DNA from: an uncultured Deinococcaceae bacterium
GTDB lineage: Bacteria; Deinococcota; Deinococci; Deinococcales; Deinococcaceae
Length of the DNA stretch: 25,254 nt
Direction: 5' to 3'
Assembly (NCBI GenBank): GCA_964252075.1
Contig: CAXULY010000063.1
Coordinates: 1 to 25,254, forward strand
In this document: in pieces, positions 1-7,894 of the stretch
Numbering within the stretch: the first letter of the stretch is position 1
Layout of the letters: the number at the start of each line of letters is the position of its first letter
Position numbers and translations under genes: made by a program
Notes under the pieces: generated by a model
Told to the model about the DNA's origin: nothing
Databases searched by the model: none
The model's input: the letters and a program-made list of their open reading frames with translations, nothing else

Positions 1-303
1 GCGCTGGAGGCGCAGGGCGTGACGCACGCGGAGCAGAAGGCCGACCTGGAGCGCGCCGCCGCCGCGCAGCAGCAGCACGTCGCGGACCTGGAGGCGCAGG
101 CGGTGGTGGATGAGGGCCACATCGCGGACCTGGAGGCGCAGGCGCAGGGTGCACAGGCGCGCACGGCGGCGTTGGAGGCGGCCGCGCGGGAGACGCGGGC
201 GCGCCTGGCGCAGCTGCGGGCGCAACTGGAGGGCGAGCAGCGCCGCGCGAACGACCTCGAACAGGACGCTGCTTCACAGCGCGAGGACTTTCCAAAGCAC
301 TGA
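1..303 (+). CDS. 3' end of a coiled-coil protein (5'-truncated by the window edge)
   Basis: Frame is open from base 1 to TGA at 301-303. Ala/Glu/Gln/Arg heptad-rich. Internal repeat H(V/I)ADLEAQA at 76-102 and 118-144 (42-nt period). Confidence 0.7.
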   Translation, partial: ALEAQGVTHAEQKADLERAAAAQQQHVADLEAQAVVDEGHIADLEAQAQGAQARTAALEAAARETRARLAQLRAQLEGEQRRANDLEQDAASQREDFPKH

Positions 304-399
304 CCCGACCCCTGCACATTGGATGAAATCGGACAGTCCCTCAATGCGAGTTCATCGGCCTGTCAGGTCCAGCGGTGCGGTGCCCGTCAGACTGATGCG

Positions 400-609
400 A
401 TGCGCCTCGATCCTCACATCGTCGTCAAAGCGTTGCAGACCGGGGTCGATGCCGGTGAGCTGACCGTCTTGTGCCGACGCGATCACCCCGCACCGCACGT
501 GGGGGATGAGGTGCAGGTCGAGGCGCACCTGTACCGCATGGCACGGCAGGTGTGGCCCGCCACCCCGAGCCTGGGCGCCATCGTGGTGCTGACGCAGATC
601 GAACCGTGA
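400..609 (+). CDS. hypothetical protein (~69 aa)
   Basis: Globular-looking ORF (MRLDPHIVVKALQ...). Start is uncertain (ATG at 400 or TTG at 319). Confidence 0.45.
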   Translation: MRLDPHIVVKALQTGVDAGELTVLCRRDHPAPHVGDEVQVEAHLYRMARQVWPATPSLGAIVVLTQIEP

Positions 610-917
610 CGCCTTCCTGCCAGTTGATGGCATACAGGGCTTGAATGCGGGACCTGCAGGGGTGCTGGAGCGGAAAATCAACCCGCGATCAGCGCCTCCA
701 GAGGGTGCGGCCCTGCCATTGGACGAGCTTCCAGCAGTGGTGGACTGGGCGCACAGGCCGGACTCCACCGGACGGAGCGTTGGGCCGCTCCCTGCCTTCC
801 GCCGGACCCACGGGACCTCCCGTGGGACCCTCCGACCGACACGGGCATGGTCGCCGGGCGGCGCCATCGGGCGCGTCGGCCATGCGGCGTGCGCCATCCA
901 GCTCACCCGGGGGCTCT

Positions 918-965
918 CATGCAAGATCACATGCAAGCTCACTTGTCGGCTGTCTTGCTGCAAGC
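918..965. repeat. CATGCAAG direct repeats with 12-bp period; candidate centromere/operator site
   Basis: CATGCAAG at 918 and 930, with degenerate copies after. The same motif flanks the par operon (2894-2902, and inverted at 4042-4050). Confidence 0.45.
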
Positions 966-967
966 AG

Positions 968-1036
968 CGCCCAGCGCACATTTTTCGCACGTCTGCCGCA
1001 CACCACCCGGGGCCTGTGGGAAGCAAACATAGACCC
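968..1036 (+). promoter_or_regulatory. conserved upstream motif, copy 1
   Basis: GCGCCCAGCGC...CACACC...TGGGAAGCAAACAT-N6-ATG. CACACC begins 38 nt before the ATG. Confidence 0.6.
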
Positions 1037-1417
1037 ATGAGCGCACAAAACCTCATCCGCATTGACCTCCGCCCGACCCACACCGGCCTCGCCACGCACC
1101 TCGGGCGCCGCGCGGTGGTGCGCTTCCGCCGCCAGCTCGAACAGATGTACTGGCGCACCCACGACCTGTGCGGTCGGGTGGCCTTCCCCAGCGACACCGA
1201 CGCGCTCGCCGCCGACGCCGCCGCCCTCGCGGCCTTCCGGGCGGACGTGGAGGCCAACCTGCGCCGCGCCCGGGTCGCCCAGCGCTTCGCCGCCTGCCTG
1301 CCCGCCAGCCTGGACGGGGCCAAGATGCGCCTGCTGGCGGCTGACAACGTCGACGTCGCGGAGGAGGTGCTCGAGGTGCTTGACCGCAACGTGCGGCGCC
1401 CGCTGGTCCTCCTCTGA
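1037..1417 (+). CDS. hypothetical protein (126 aa)
   Basis: ATG at 1037 directly follows the conserved motif. High-GC3 codons. Followed by a terminator. Confidence 0.75.
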   Translation: MSAQNLIRIDLRPTHTGLATHLGRRAVVRFRRQLEQMYWRTHDLCGRVAFPSDTDALAADAAALAAFRADVEANLRRARVAQRFAACLPASLDGAKMRLLAADNVDVAEEVLEVLDRNVRRPLVLL

Positions 1418-1434
1418 CCCCCCCCTCCCCCACC

Positions 1435-1462
1435 GCCCCGGCCAGGTGCCGGGGCTTTTTTT
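1435..1462 (+). terminator. intrinsic terminator
   Basis: GCCCCGGC-cAGGT-GCCGGGGC followed by T7. Confidence 0.85.
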
Positions 1463-1463
1463 C

Positions 1464-1533
1464 GCTCCTGGCGCACATATTCAGGACACAAACGACACAC
1501 CGCCCGGCGGCGCTGGCAAGCAAACATACAGCC
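1464..1533 (+). promoter_or_regulatory. conserved upstream motif, copy 2
   Basis: CACACCGCCCGGCGGCGCTGGCAAGCAAACATACAGCC-ATG, with the same 38-nt spacing. Confidence 0.6.
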
Positions 1534-1944
1534 ATGAACGAACGCATTTTTACTGTCCAGGACCTGCTCGCCGCCGCCCTCGCCGCTCCCCGCCACGCCA
1601 CCCTGCTGCTGCGCGGCGTGGACCGCCAGCTGGTCGCCGTCTTCGAGGAGGAAGTCTACGAGCCGCACGACGTGGAGGCCTGCGCCGAGCGCTTCACAGC
1701 GGACGGCGTGGTGGCGCTCGCCGCGCGCGACGGCGATGTCGACCGCGACGCGCTGCCGCTGGTGCAGGACTTGGTGGAGCTGCTGCGCGGCTTTGTGTCG
1801 GACGGGCACGGCGGCAAGGCAGTCCTCCTGCAGGACACGCTCGGTGACTATCACCCCGCGCGGGGCCACCTGGTGCGCCTAGAGGACGCCGCCGCGCTGG
1901 ACCGCTTCGGGCTGTTCAGCGCCTACGTCCTCGACGCCGCCTGA
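1534..1944 (+). CDS. hypothetical acidic protein (136 aa)
   Basis: ORF bracketed by the conserved motif and a terminator. Typical codon usage. Confidence 0.75.
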   Translation: MNERIFTVQDLLAAALAAPRHATLLLRGVDRQLVAVFEEEVYEPHDVEACAERFTADGVVALAARDGDVDRDALPLVQDLVELLRGFVSDGHGGKAVLLQDTLGDYHPARGHLVRLEDAAALDRFGLFSAYVLDAA

Positions 1945-1965
1945 CGGGCCCAGTGCCTCTCCCCT

Positions 1966-1990
1966 GCCCCGCTCCGGCGGGGCTTTTTTT
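1966..1990 (+). terminator. intrinsic terminator
   Basis: GCCCCGC-TCCG-GCGGGGC followed by T7. Confidence 0.85.
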
Positions 1991-1991
1991 G

Positions 1992-2051
1992 GCGCCCAGC
2001 GCCACAGGAACAACACACCACCGGGCCGCGCTGGGAAGCAACCATGGACCC
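1992..2051 (+). promoter_or_regulatory. conserved upstream motif, copy 3
   Basis: CACACCACCGGGCCGCGCTGGGAAGCAACCATGGACCC-ATG, with the same 38-nt spacing. Confidence 0.6.
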
Positions 2052-2288
2052 ATGGACAGCTTCCTGACCGTCGATGAAATGATCCGCCAGCTGCAGCACA
2101 TGAGCGCCCGCGGCCTCGGCGACGCGCCGATTCTGGTGCAGTCCCCGGACGGCGCGGACCCCGTCGTCGCCGGGCAGCCCAGCCTGACGGGCGTCGAGGC
2201 GATCGGCGAGCTCGGGCGCTTCGGGCCACTCGTGCGCCAGGACCTCCCGCCGAGCGACATGGTCGTGATCATCGAGGCGGGCCTGTGA
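2052..2288 (+). CDS. hypothetical protein (78 aa)
   Basis: MDSFLTVDEMIRQLQ... begins directly after motif copy 3. Confidence 0.7.
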   Translation: MDSFLTVDEMIRQLQHMSARGLGDAPILVQSPDGADPVVAGQPSLTGVEAIGELGRFGPLVRQDLPPSDMVVIIEAGL

Positions 2289-2617
2289 GCGCCCCGGTGT
2301 TCCGAGGCTCGCTGGCGGAGCTGGTGGTGTTCCTGGAGGCGCACGGCGGCCTCGCCCTGGACCTCGAGGCGGTGGGCCGGACGTGCCTGCGGTTCGCGGG
2401 GCCGTACGAGCTGCGGCCGGTGGGGTGGCACGCCCAGCTGTTCGAGCGACCGGGGAGAACCTGGACGGGTCGGAGCCGGGCCAGCAGCACCTCGGGCACG
2501 CGTATGTGCAGCGCGTGCCGGAAGCGCCGGTGGCCGCGGGGCGTCGCGCGCGGCGGTGAATCGTGGGGTCGTGCGCGCCGGGGCTCAGGCCCCGGCGCTA
2601 GCGTGTCGGCACCGTGA
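2285..2617 (+). CDS. hypothetical protein (110 aa); C-terminus may be degenerate
   Basis: GTGA overlap with the upstream stop (translational coupling). Confidence 0.5.
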   Translation: MSAPVFRGSLAELVVFLEAHGGLALDLEAVGRTCLRFAGPYELRPVGWHAQLFERPGRTWTGRSRASSTSGTRMCSACRKRRWPRGVARGGESWGRARRGSGPGASVSAP

Positions 2618-2850
2618 TCAAGCTCCGCCCTGAATCCGCTGTCACCTCACCGCTGGACGGTACCGTGCTGTGCACGGTGGTCGGGGACTCCCCTGCCGGT
2701 CTGCCCCTCGGCAGCCAGGTGCAGATTCACCGCTTCAGCCGGGGGTCGGATGGCGTGGCGCTGTACCACCTGCTCACCGAGGACGGCGCGTTCTGGGTGC
2801 GGGAGGTCGGCGATGAGGACGCCGCCGTGCGCCTGTTCGAGCGGCTGTAA
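2614..2850 (+). CDS. hypothetical protein (78 aa)
   Basis: GTGA overlap with the upstream gene. Globular composition. Terminator follows. Confidence 0.6.
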   Translation: MIKLRPESAVTSPLDGTVLCTVVGDSPAGLPLGSQVQIHRFSRGSDGVALYHLLTEDGAFWVREVGDEDAAVRLFERL

Positions 2851-2851
2851 A

Positions 2852-2881
2852 AGGAGGGGGCCGCTGCAGCGGCCCCCTCCT
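2852..2881. terminator. terminator hairpin between convergent genes, probably bidirectional
   Basis: Perfect inverted repeat AGGAGGGGGCCGC...GCGGCCCCCTCCT, with A-run on the left and T-rich bases on the right. Confidence 0.75.
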
Positions 2882-2954
2882 CATCTTTGTGATCATGCAA
2901 GCTTGTGATCGGGTTTTCAGGTGAACTTGCCTGCGTGTTTTCATTCCTGCAGTT

Positions 2955-3362
2955 TCAATCGCCATCCTGACCGGTCAGCACGCGCGTGATGCGGCGGCGC
3001 TGCTCGGGGTCGTCGAGGGACATGATCAGCACCTCGACCACCTTCGCCTCGCTGGCCGGGTAGCCCATCTGCTTGAGGTCCAGGACGTACTGGGCCAGCT
3101 GGTGCTTGAGGCTCGCGCGCAGGCGCAGGCCCGCCTGAATCTGCGCCTCCTGCGCGACCGGCCTCAGCAGGTACGGCGCCTGGACCGCCGGGCGTGCTGG
3201 TTCGACCACGGCGGTCGGTGCCTCAGTGAGGGCGGGCGCGGGCGTGGGCGCTGATTGCGGCGCGACGGCTGGGGTGTCGACCGCAGCCTGTGACTCATCG
3301 TTGGGTACGACGTTCGGGCGGGTCAGGAGACCCGCGAGGCGGGAGGTCTTCGGTGCAGGCAT
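2955..3362 (-). CDS. ParA partner; putative small centromere-binding protein
   Basis: Coupled to parA (TGATG overlap). Pro/Ala-rich disordered N-terminus and a compact C-terminal domain (QAGLRLRASLKHQLAQYV...VVEVLI), as in type Ib partition pairs. Confidence 0.65.
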   Translation of the reverse strand: MPAPKTSRLAGLLTRPNVVPNDESQAAVDTPAVAPQSAPTPAPALTEAPTAVVEPARPAVQAPYLLRPVAQEAQIQAGLRLRASLKHQLAQYVLDLKQMGYPASEAKVVEVLIMSLDDPEQRRRITRVLTGQDGD

Positions 3363-3973
3363 CAGATCAACTCCATCGCCAGGCTGACCACGTCCAGCCA
3401 GGCGTTCTCCGCCTTCACATCGCCGCTGTCGAGCACCAGGGTGGCGTTGTCCTGGGCGCGCTCATGGGCCTTGTAATTGCGCACGACCGTCTCGCACACC
3501 GTGAGGCCACCCTCGCGCAATTCATCGCGCACCTGCGCGCCCTGGCCGCCCACCGGCGGCGCCTTGGTCACCACGACGCGCACGCGGCTCATGTCGGCGC
3601 CGTCGTCCTGCAGGCGCTGCCACAGTCGGATGGCGGCGCTCGCCTCGTTGCGGTTCGGGGCGGTGGGGAGCAGCACGATGTTCGCCTGACGGGTTAGCTC
3701 GGTGATCAGGTCCACGCCCGGGCGGCCCTCGGTGTCGAGGACCACGTAGCGGGTGCCGTCCGGGATCTGGCTGAAGTCGTCAAGGACCGGGATGGGCAGC
3801 TCGCCGCGCCGCACCCATTCGCTGCTGGTCTCCATGTCGGCGTCCGCGTCGATCAGGACCGTGCGGCCTTTCGCTTTGCTGGCGAGGGCGCCGGCGAGGT
3901 TCACGGCAAGGGTGCTTTTGCCGACCCCGCCCTTGAGCGAGGTGATGGCGAGGATGAACGGTGGGGCAGTCAC
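3362..3973 (-). CDS. parA: ParA-family partition ATPase (short, type Ib/ParF-like)
   Basis: Deviant Walker A KGGVGKST, LIDAD (A') and VVLDT (Walker B). 203 aa with no N-terminal HTH. Confidence 0.93.
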   Translation of the reverse strand: MTAPPFILAITSLKGGVGKSTLAVNLAGALASKAKGRTVLIDADADMETSSEWVRRGELPIPVLDDFSQIPDGTRYVVLDTEGRPGVDLITELTRQANIVLLPTAPNRNEASAAIRLWQRLQDDGADMSRVRVVVTKAPPVGGQGAQVRDELREGGLTVCETVVRNYKAHERAQDNATLVLDSGDVKAENAWLDVVSLAMELI

Positions 3974-4137
3974 GCTTTATTCCTATCATGCTTGCAAGTC
4001 CGTTTGAAAGCATTGAAGTGCGCTGACAAGACGTATTGTAAGCTTGCATGTTAGCTCACATGAGTGTTTTGATGTGACCTGTCTTTCTTCGCTTTGAATT
4101 GTGCTGAACACGCATGACCGATCGGCGAAGTTGTTCA

Positions 4138-4149
4138 TATAGTTCTGCC
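4138..4149 (+). promoter_or_regulatory. -10 box of a leaderless transcript
   Basis: TATAGT-TCTGCC-ATG(4150). Confidence 0.65.
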
Positions 4150-4335
4150 ATGAGCGTAGCGCCGGAGGTGGGGGAGACGGTCACCCTGCCGGTCGGACAG
4201 GAGGGCACGCACCTGTGGCTGGTCATCCAGCGCGAGGAGCGCCCCGACCGGGTGGTGCTGACCGTCGAACACCTGTACGACGCGCATGTGCGCCACCGCG
4301 TGCACCTGCTGCGCGACGAGGAGCAGGTGGTTTAA
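4150..4335 (+). CDS. small beta-rich hypothetical protein (61 aa), first gene of the SRAP-NucS operon
   Basis: Leaderless start. A paralog at 12069-12254 conserves the protein sequence. Confidence 0.8.
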   Translation: MSVAPEVGETVTLPVGQEGTHLWLVIQREERPDRVVLTVEHLYDAHVRHRVHLLRDEEQVV

Positions 4336-4336
4336 G

Positions 4337-4972
4337 GTGTGCGGCCGCGCCGAGCAGATCCCTGGCAGCACCTGGGAGGTGCTGGGAAAGCACTTCGGGC
4401 GGGACCTGCTGCAGGTGTTCAGCAGGGGAGGGGAGACCCCCGAGGTGCGCCCCACCGACCCACTCGGCTTCATCCGGGGGAACCGAGGACAGGCGGAAGC
4501 AGCGCGTGGTCGCTGGGGCCTCGTGGGACCCGGCATGGACCTGCAGGCCGCCAAGAAGTACGCCACCTTCAACGCCCGCGCCGAGACCGTGCCAACGTCC
4601 AGAACCTACGCGGAAGCGTATAGGCACCGCCGCTGCCTGGTGCCCCTCAGCGCGTTCTGGGAATGGCCTGTGGTCGAGGGCCAGAAGACCCGCACGCGCA
4701 TCACCCGGCGCGACGGGCTGCCGCTGGTCGTCGCCGGACTGTGGTCGTCTTGGACGGATGACGAAGGCGAACACGATTCGGCCACCGTGGTGACGGTCGA
4801 GGCTGGGACAGATCTCCAGCACGTGCATGACCGTCAGCCGCTGCTGCTTCTCTCGAAGGACTGGCAGCTGTGGCTGGGCCTGGGAACCGGCCCACTCCCC
4901 ACGTCCGCGAAGGCGCTGATGTGGCGGCCGTATCCGCCCGGCATCCTGCAGACCACACCCGAGGCGTCCTGA
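4337..4972 (+). CDS. SOS response-associated peptidase (SRAP/YedK/HMCES family; abasic-site cross-linking protein)
   Basis: GTG start gives MCGR with catalytic Cys2. Motifs RWGL, FNARAET, RRCLVP, FWEW and HDRQP. Confidence 0.93.
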   Translation: MCGRAEQIPGSTWEVLGKHFGRDLLQVFSRGGETPEVRPTDPLGFIRGNRGQAEAARGRWGLVGPGMDLQAAKKYATFNARAETVPTSRTYAEAYRHRRCLVPLSAFWEWPVVEGQKTRTRITRRDGLPLVVAGLWSSWTDDEGEHDSATVVTVEAGTDLQHVHDRQPLLLLSKDWQLWLGLGTGPLPTSAKALMWRPYPPGILQTTPEAS

Positions 4973-4973
4973 C

Positions 4974-5417
4974 GTGGGGCAGCGCCAGAGTCCCGAGGAG
5001 CGCCGCCGCGAGTTCGAGCGGGACCTGCAGGCGCTGGAGGCGAACGCCCGGCGTCATGAGTACCAGGAGCTGCTGCTGCGCGCCCTGGCGACCGGCGCGG
5101 ACCACGCGCACCTGGTGTGGCGGGCGCTGCGGCCGGAGCTGATCGCCACGCGGCTCATCGCCCGAGACGTCCACTTCCTGCCGGGCGGTCAGCGCGAACC
5201 GTTCACCCCACCCCCGGCGCCGGAGCACCCGCCTCGTCCACGCCCGCCGCTGGGCCTGGAGCTGCACGATCTGGACCAGGCGCTGCGCATGGCCGAGGAG
5301 CTCGACGCGCCCCTGTACGCACGTCAGCACGAGGCCCTATCGGACATCTTGCGCCGAACACAGCGCCTCTACGACCGACTGCGGATGCGCAGCGCGGGCG
5401 TCCTGGAGTCATCATGA
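4974..5417 (+). CDS. hypothetical helical protein (147 aa)
   Basis: Starts 1 nt after the SRAP stop and overlaps nucS (ATGA). A disrupted paralog lies at 12893-14242. Confidence 0.8.
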   Translation: MGQRQSPEERRREFERDLQALEANARRHEYQELLLRALATGADHAHLVWRALRPELIATRLIARDVHFLPGGQREPFTPPPAPEHPPRPRPPLGLELHDLDQALRMAEELDAPLYARQHEALSDILRRTQRLYDRLRMRSAGVLESS

Positions 5418-6166
5418 TCCGCGAGGTTCTCACCCGCCCGGACGCCGAGGCGCTCACCGCGTTCCTCACCACCCACTGCCGTTCCGCGGACTGCCTGGTG
5501 CAGGTCGCCGCCCACGCCGAGGTGAGCTACCAGGGGCGCGCGGCGAGCCTCGCGGAAGCGGGACAGTACCTGCTGATCCTCAAGGCCGACGGCAGCCTGC
5601 AGATTCATGGGCCCAAGGGCGTGAAGCCAGTAAACTGGCAGCCCCGCACGGACGACATTCAGGTGCGCCTGCAGGACGGGTGCTGTGTCCTGACCGCGCG
5701 CCGCCGCAGCCCGGAGGAGACCGTCGAGGTGACGTTCCTGGACGTCGCGCTCGCACAGGCGCTGGAGTTGCGCGACACCGCGGGCTTCCTGCTGGCCGGG
5801 TCGGAAGCGCATATGCAGGGCACGCTCGCGCGGCACCCCGAGCTGATCGAGGCGGGCCTGACCATCCTGGACCGCGAGCTGCTGGTGGGGGTGGGCGGCA
5901 TCGACCTGTACGGCCGCGACGCCCAGGGCCGAGTGGTGGTGATGGAACTCAAGCGCGGCACGGCGACGCAGGACGCGGTGCACCAGTTGAGCCGCTACGT
6001 GGACGCGGTGCGCGCGCAGGTGACCGCTCCGGTGCGCGGCCTGCTGGTGTCGCCGGCCATCACGAAACCGGCGGCGCTGTGGATGGAGCGGCTGGGGTTC
6101 GAGCACAAGGCCCTCCACGCGCTGCCCAGCGCGGAGGAAACCAGCGCCCAACCCGGGTTGTTCTGA
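5414..6166 (+). CDS. nucS: endonuclease NucS/EndoMS (mismatch-specific endonuclease), 250 aa
   Basis: N-domain motifs YQGRA, LILKADGSLQIH and KPVNWQP. Catalytic-domain motifs SEAHMQ, RE..GGIDL, MELKR and QLSRY. C-terminal QPGLF resembles a beta-clamp-binding motif. Confidence 0.92.
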   Translation: MIREVLTRPDAEALTAFLTTHCRSADCLVQVAAHAEVSYQGRAASLAEAGQYLLILKADGSLQIHGPKGVKPVNWQPRTDDIQVRLQDGCCVLTARRRSPEETVEVTFLDVALAQALELRDTAGFLLAGSEAHMQGTLARHPELIEAGLTILDRELLVGVGGIDLYGRDAQGRVVVMELKRGTATQDAVHQLSRYVDAVRAQVTAPVRGLLVSPAITKPAALWMERLGFEHKALHALPSAEETSAQPGLF

Positions 6167-6168
6167 CT

Positions 6169-6204
6169 CGTGCGGGCGGGCCCGTGAGACGGCCCGCCCG
6201 CACG
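6169..6204. terminator. hairpin between convergent genes
   Basis: 14-bp perfect stem CGTGCGGGCGGGCC/GGCCCGCCCGCACG. Confidence 0.65.
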
Positions 6205-6210
6205 GCCTGC

Positions 6211-6702
6211 TCAGCCCACGCGGCGCGGCGGGGTGTCGCCGCCCGGCACGGCGCTGCCATCCAGGAAGGCCTGCGTCCAGGGCGCCTGCTGCGCGGCGAG
6301 CGCGCGGTCGCGGGCGTCCGGCGCGAGCACCTCATAGTGCGAGTCGAAGTCGTCCCCACGGCGGGTCGGGGCGCTGACGCGGATGTAGACGCGCGAGCCG
6401 ATGGGGTGCTCGGCGGCGAGCTGCAGCAGCGCGTCCGTGTCCTCATCGACGTGCGCTGCCTCGGACCCGGGGAAGGCCTGCTGCATGGCGCGGCGCATGA
6501 AGGCGCGGATGTCGTCGACGCTCGCGGGCACGTCGACCACCAGGGCGCTGGTGCACGCCTTGTGCGTCAGGGCACCCACCCAGTACACGACGGGCATGCG
6601 GCCCTCGTGCGTTTCGGCGGTGCCGCGCACCGGTTCGCTGGGCGTGGCGGCGCAGAATTCGCGGGGTTCGGTGCCTTTGCTGATCGCGAGGTAGTGGGTC
6701 AT
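6211..6702 (-). CDS. hypothetical protein (163 aa)
   Basis: MTHYLAISKGTEP..., preceded by AAAGGA. Last gene of the leftward operon. Confidence 0.75.
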   Translation of the reverse strand: MTHYLAISKGTEPREFCAATPSEPVRGTAETHEGRMPVVYWVGALTHKACTSALVVDVPASVDDIRAFMRRAMQQAFPGSEAAHVDEDTDALLQLAAEHPIGSRVYIRVSAPTRRGDDFDSHYEVLAPDARDRALAAQQAPWTQAFLDGSAVPGGDTPPRRVG

Positions 6703-6713
6703 GGCGGGTCCTT

Positions 6714-6986
6714 TCAAACGAGCTGCCCGGCGGCGCGGAGGCGGGCGATCAGCGCGGGGCGCTTCTGGCGGTACGTGCGCGCGTTTCGCACGAGGGTGCG
6801 CTCGAGGTCCCCGAGTTCGTGGGGGAGCTGGTAGGTGCCCTCGCGGCGGGTGGTGCCGCTGAACTCGGCGGTGCTGATCAGGATGACCTCGCGGCCCGGG
6901 CCGTCGTGCAGGCTGTAGCGGGTGTACCCGCTGGCGCGGTTCGCCTCGTGCACGGCGTCGGCGGCGAGGCGGTCGGCGGCGCTCAC
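6714..6986 (-). CDS. hypothetical protein (90 aa)
   Basis: GTGA-coupled to the upstream gene. Confidence 0.7.
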   Translation of the reverse strand: MSAADRLAADAVHEANRASGYTRYSLHDGPGREVILISTAEFSGTTRREGTYQLPHELGDLERTLVRNARTYRQKRPALIARLRAAGQLV

Positions 6987-7186
6987 GCCCGCACCGCCCG
7001 CTGGCCCTGCGCGGCCTGCTCAAGGCGGCACCCACTGCAGGGCTGCCCGCCGCTGTAGACCTCGCCGCAGCTGGGGCAGATGCGCTTCAGGTCCGCGAGG
7101 CCCTGGAAACACAGCACCTCCTGTCCTGCCACCGGCCACCGGAGGATGGCCAGGTGGCGGCGGGTGACCGCCGCCACCCCCTTCAC
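6983..7186 (-). CDS. small Zn-finger-like protein (67 aa)
   Basis: GTGA-coupled start at 7186. CPSC...CSGC motif. Confidence 0.65.
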   Translation of the reverse strand: MKGVAAVTRRHLAILRWPVAGQEVLCFQGLADLKRICPSCGEVYSGGQPCSGCRLEQAAQGQRAVRA

Positions 7187-7401
7187 GCCGCGACCGCCTT
7201 GCCGGTCACCGCGAGGAGCCACTCGGCCTCGGTGCGGGTGACGGTGCGGACCTTGCCGCTCGTCTCGCTGACCGTCTTGAAGGCGGTGGCGAAGGGCTGG
7301 GTGGCGACCTGCCGGGCGAGGCGGTCGAGTTCGGCGGTGGTGATGCGCCGGGCGATGCCGGCGATGTGGCGGGTGGGGGCGGGGGTGCTGGTGGGGTTCA
7401 T
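7183..7401 (-). CDS. hypothetical protein (72 aa), first gene of the leftward operon
   Basis: AAGAGGT RBS. 5' leader shared with the gene at 8224. Confidence 0.75.
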   Translation of the reverse strand: MNPTSTPAPTRHIAGIARRITTAELDRLARQVATQPFATAFKTVSETSGKVRTVTRTEAEWLLAVTGKAVAA

Positions 7402-7501
7402 CGTGTACCTCTTGCTGGGGGTGGATTCAAGGGGCGCGGATCTTGGCGGATGGTGCGTTCCCTTGTGTCTTCAATATACACTCTTTGTAACAGGCAGTCA
7501 A
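7402..7501 (-). promoter_or_regulatory. sigma70 promoter P1 with operator and conserved leader
   Basis: TTGACT(7501-7496)-17 nt-TATATT(7478-7473). The spacer carries TGTTACAAAGAGTGTA. Confidence 0.85.
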
Positions 7502-7505
7502 GCGC

Positions 7506-7548
7506 AAAAAAGCGGGCGGGAGAGGGTTTAGCCTCATTCCCGCCCGCT
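7506..7548 (-). terminator. intrinsic terminator on the minus strand
   Basis: AGCGGGCGGGA...TCCCGCCCGCT stem. A-run at 7506-7511 reads as a U-tract on the minus strand. Confidence 0.75.
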
Positions 7549-7556
7549 CAATTCTC

Positions 7557-7585
7557 TTGACTTCTTGTTACAAACAGTGTACTCT
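7557..7585 (+). promoter_or_regulatory. sigma70 promoter P2 with the same operator
   Basis: TTGACT-17 nt-TACTCT. TGTTACAAACAGTGTA at 7566-7581. Confidence 0.85.
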
Positions 7586-7707
7586 GGAGGTGTCCCGAGG
7601 GACGCGGTGCATGACAAGTCAGGTTCCCAGGAGCAGCCCAGCTCAAGCGCCCAAAAAGCGCCCCCAGGGTTGCCGCCCTGGGGTCCAGTGAAAGGAGGTG
7701 GTACTCC

Positions 7708-7836
7708 TTGCCTCACAAGAAGCATACCACACCACGCAAACGGCGTCCCAGACGCCCACGCGACTGGCTGGCACTCCTCACCGCCCTGGCCCTGTTGGTC
7801 AAGACCGTGATCGAGATCGTCAAGCTCCTGCACTGA
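7708..7836 (+). CDS. 42-aa basic/hydrophobic membrane peptide (type I toxin-like); not in the ORF track
   Basis: Strong RBS AAAGGAGGT and TTG start. MPHKKHTTPRKRRPRRPRDWLALLTALALLVKTVIEIVKLLH. Confidence 0.7.
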   Translation: MPHKKHTTPRKRRPRRPRDWLALLTALALLVKTVIEIVKLLH

Positions 7837-7894
7837 CCTGACCGTCACGCCCGCCCCCTCGGGACGCCCCTTTCGGGGGCAGAGAGGAGACGCG

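Noticed and set aside
4099..4115. Possible Deinococcus radiation/desiccation response motif (TTGTGCTGAACACGCAT) upstream of the SRAP operon
   Set aside because: About three mismatches to the 17-bp palindromic consensus as I recall it. A PWM scan would be needed to support it.
5117..5413. N-terminal extension of NucS in the ORF track (349 aa)
   Set aside because: It overlaps the 147-aa gene. NucS homology and the ATGA coupling point to a start at 5414.
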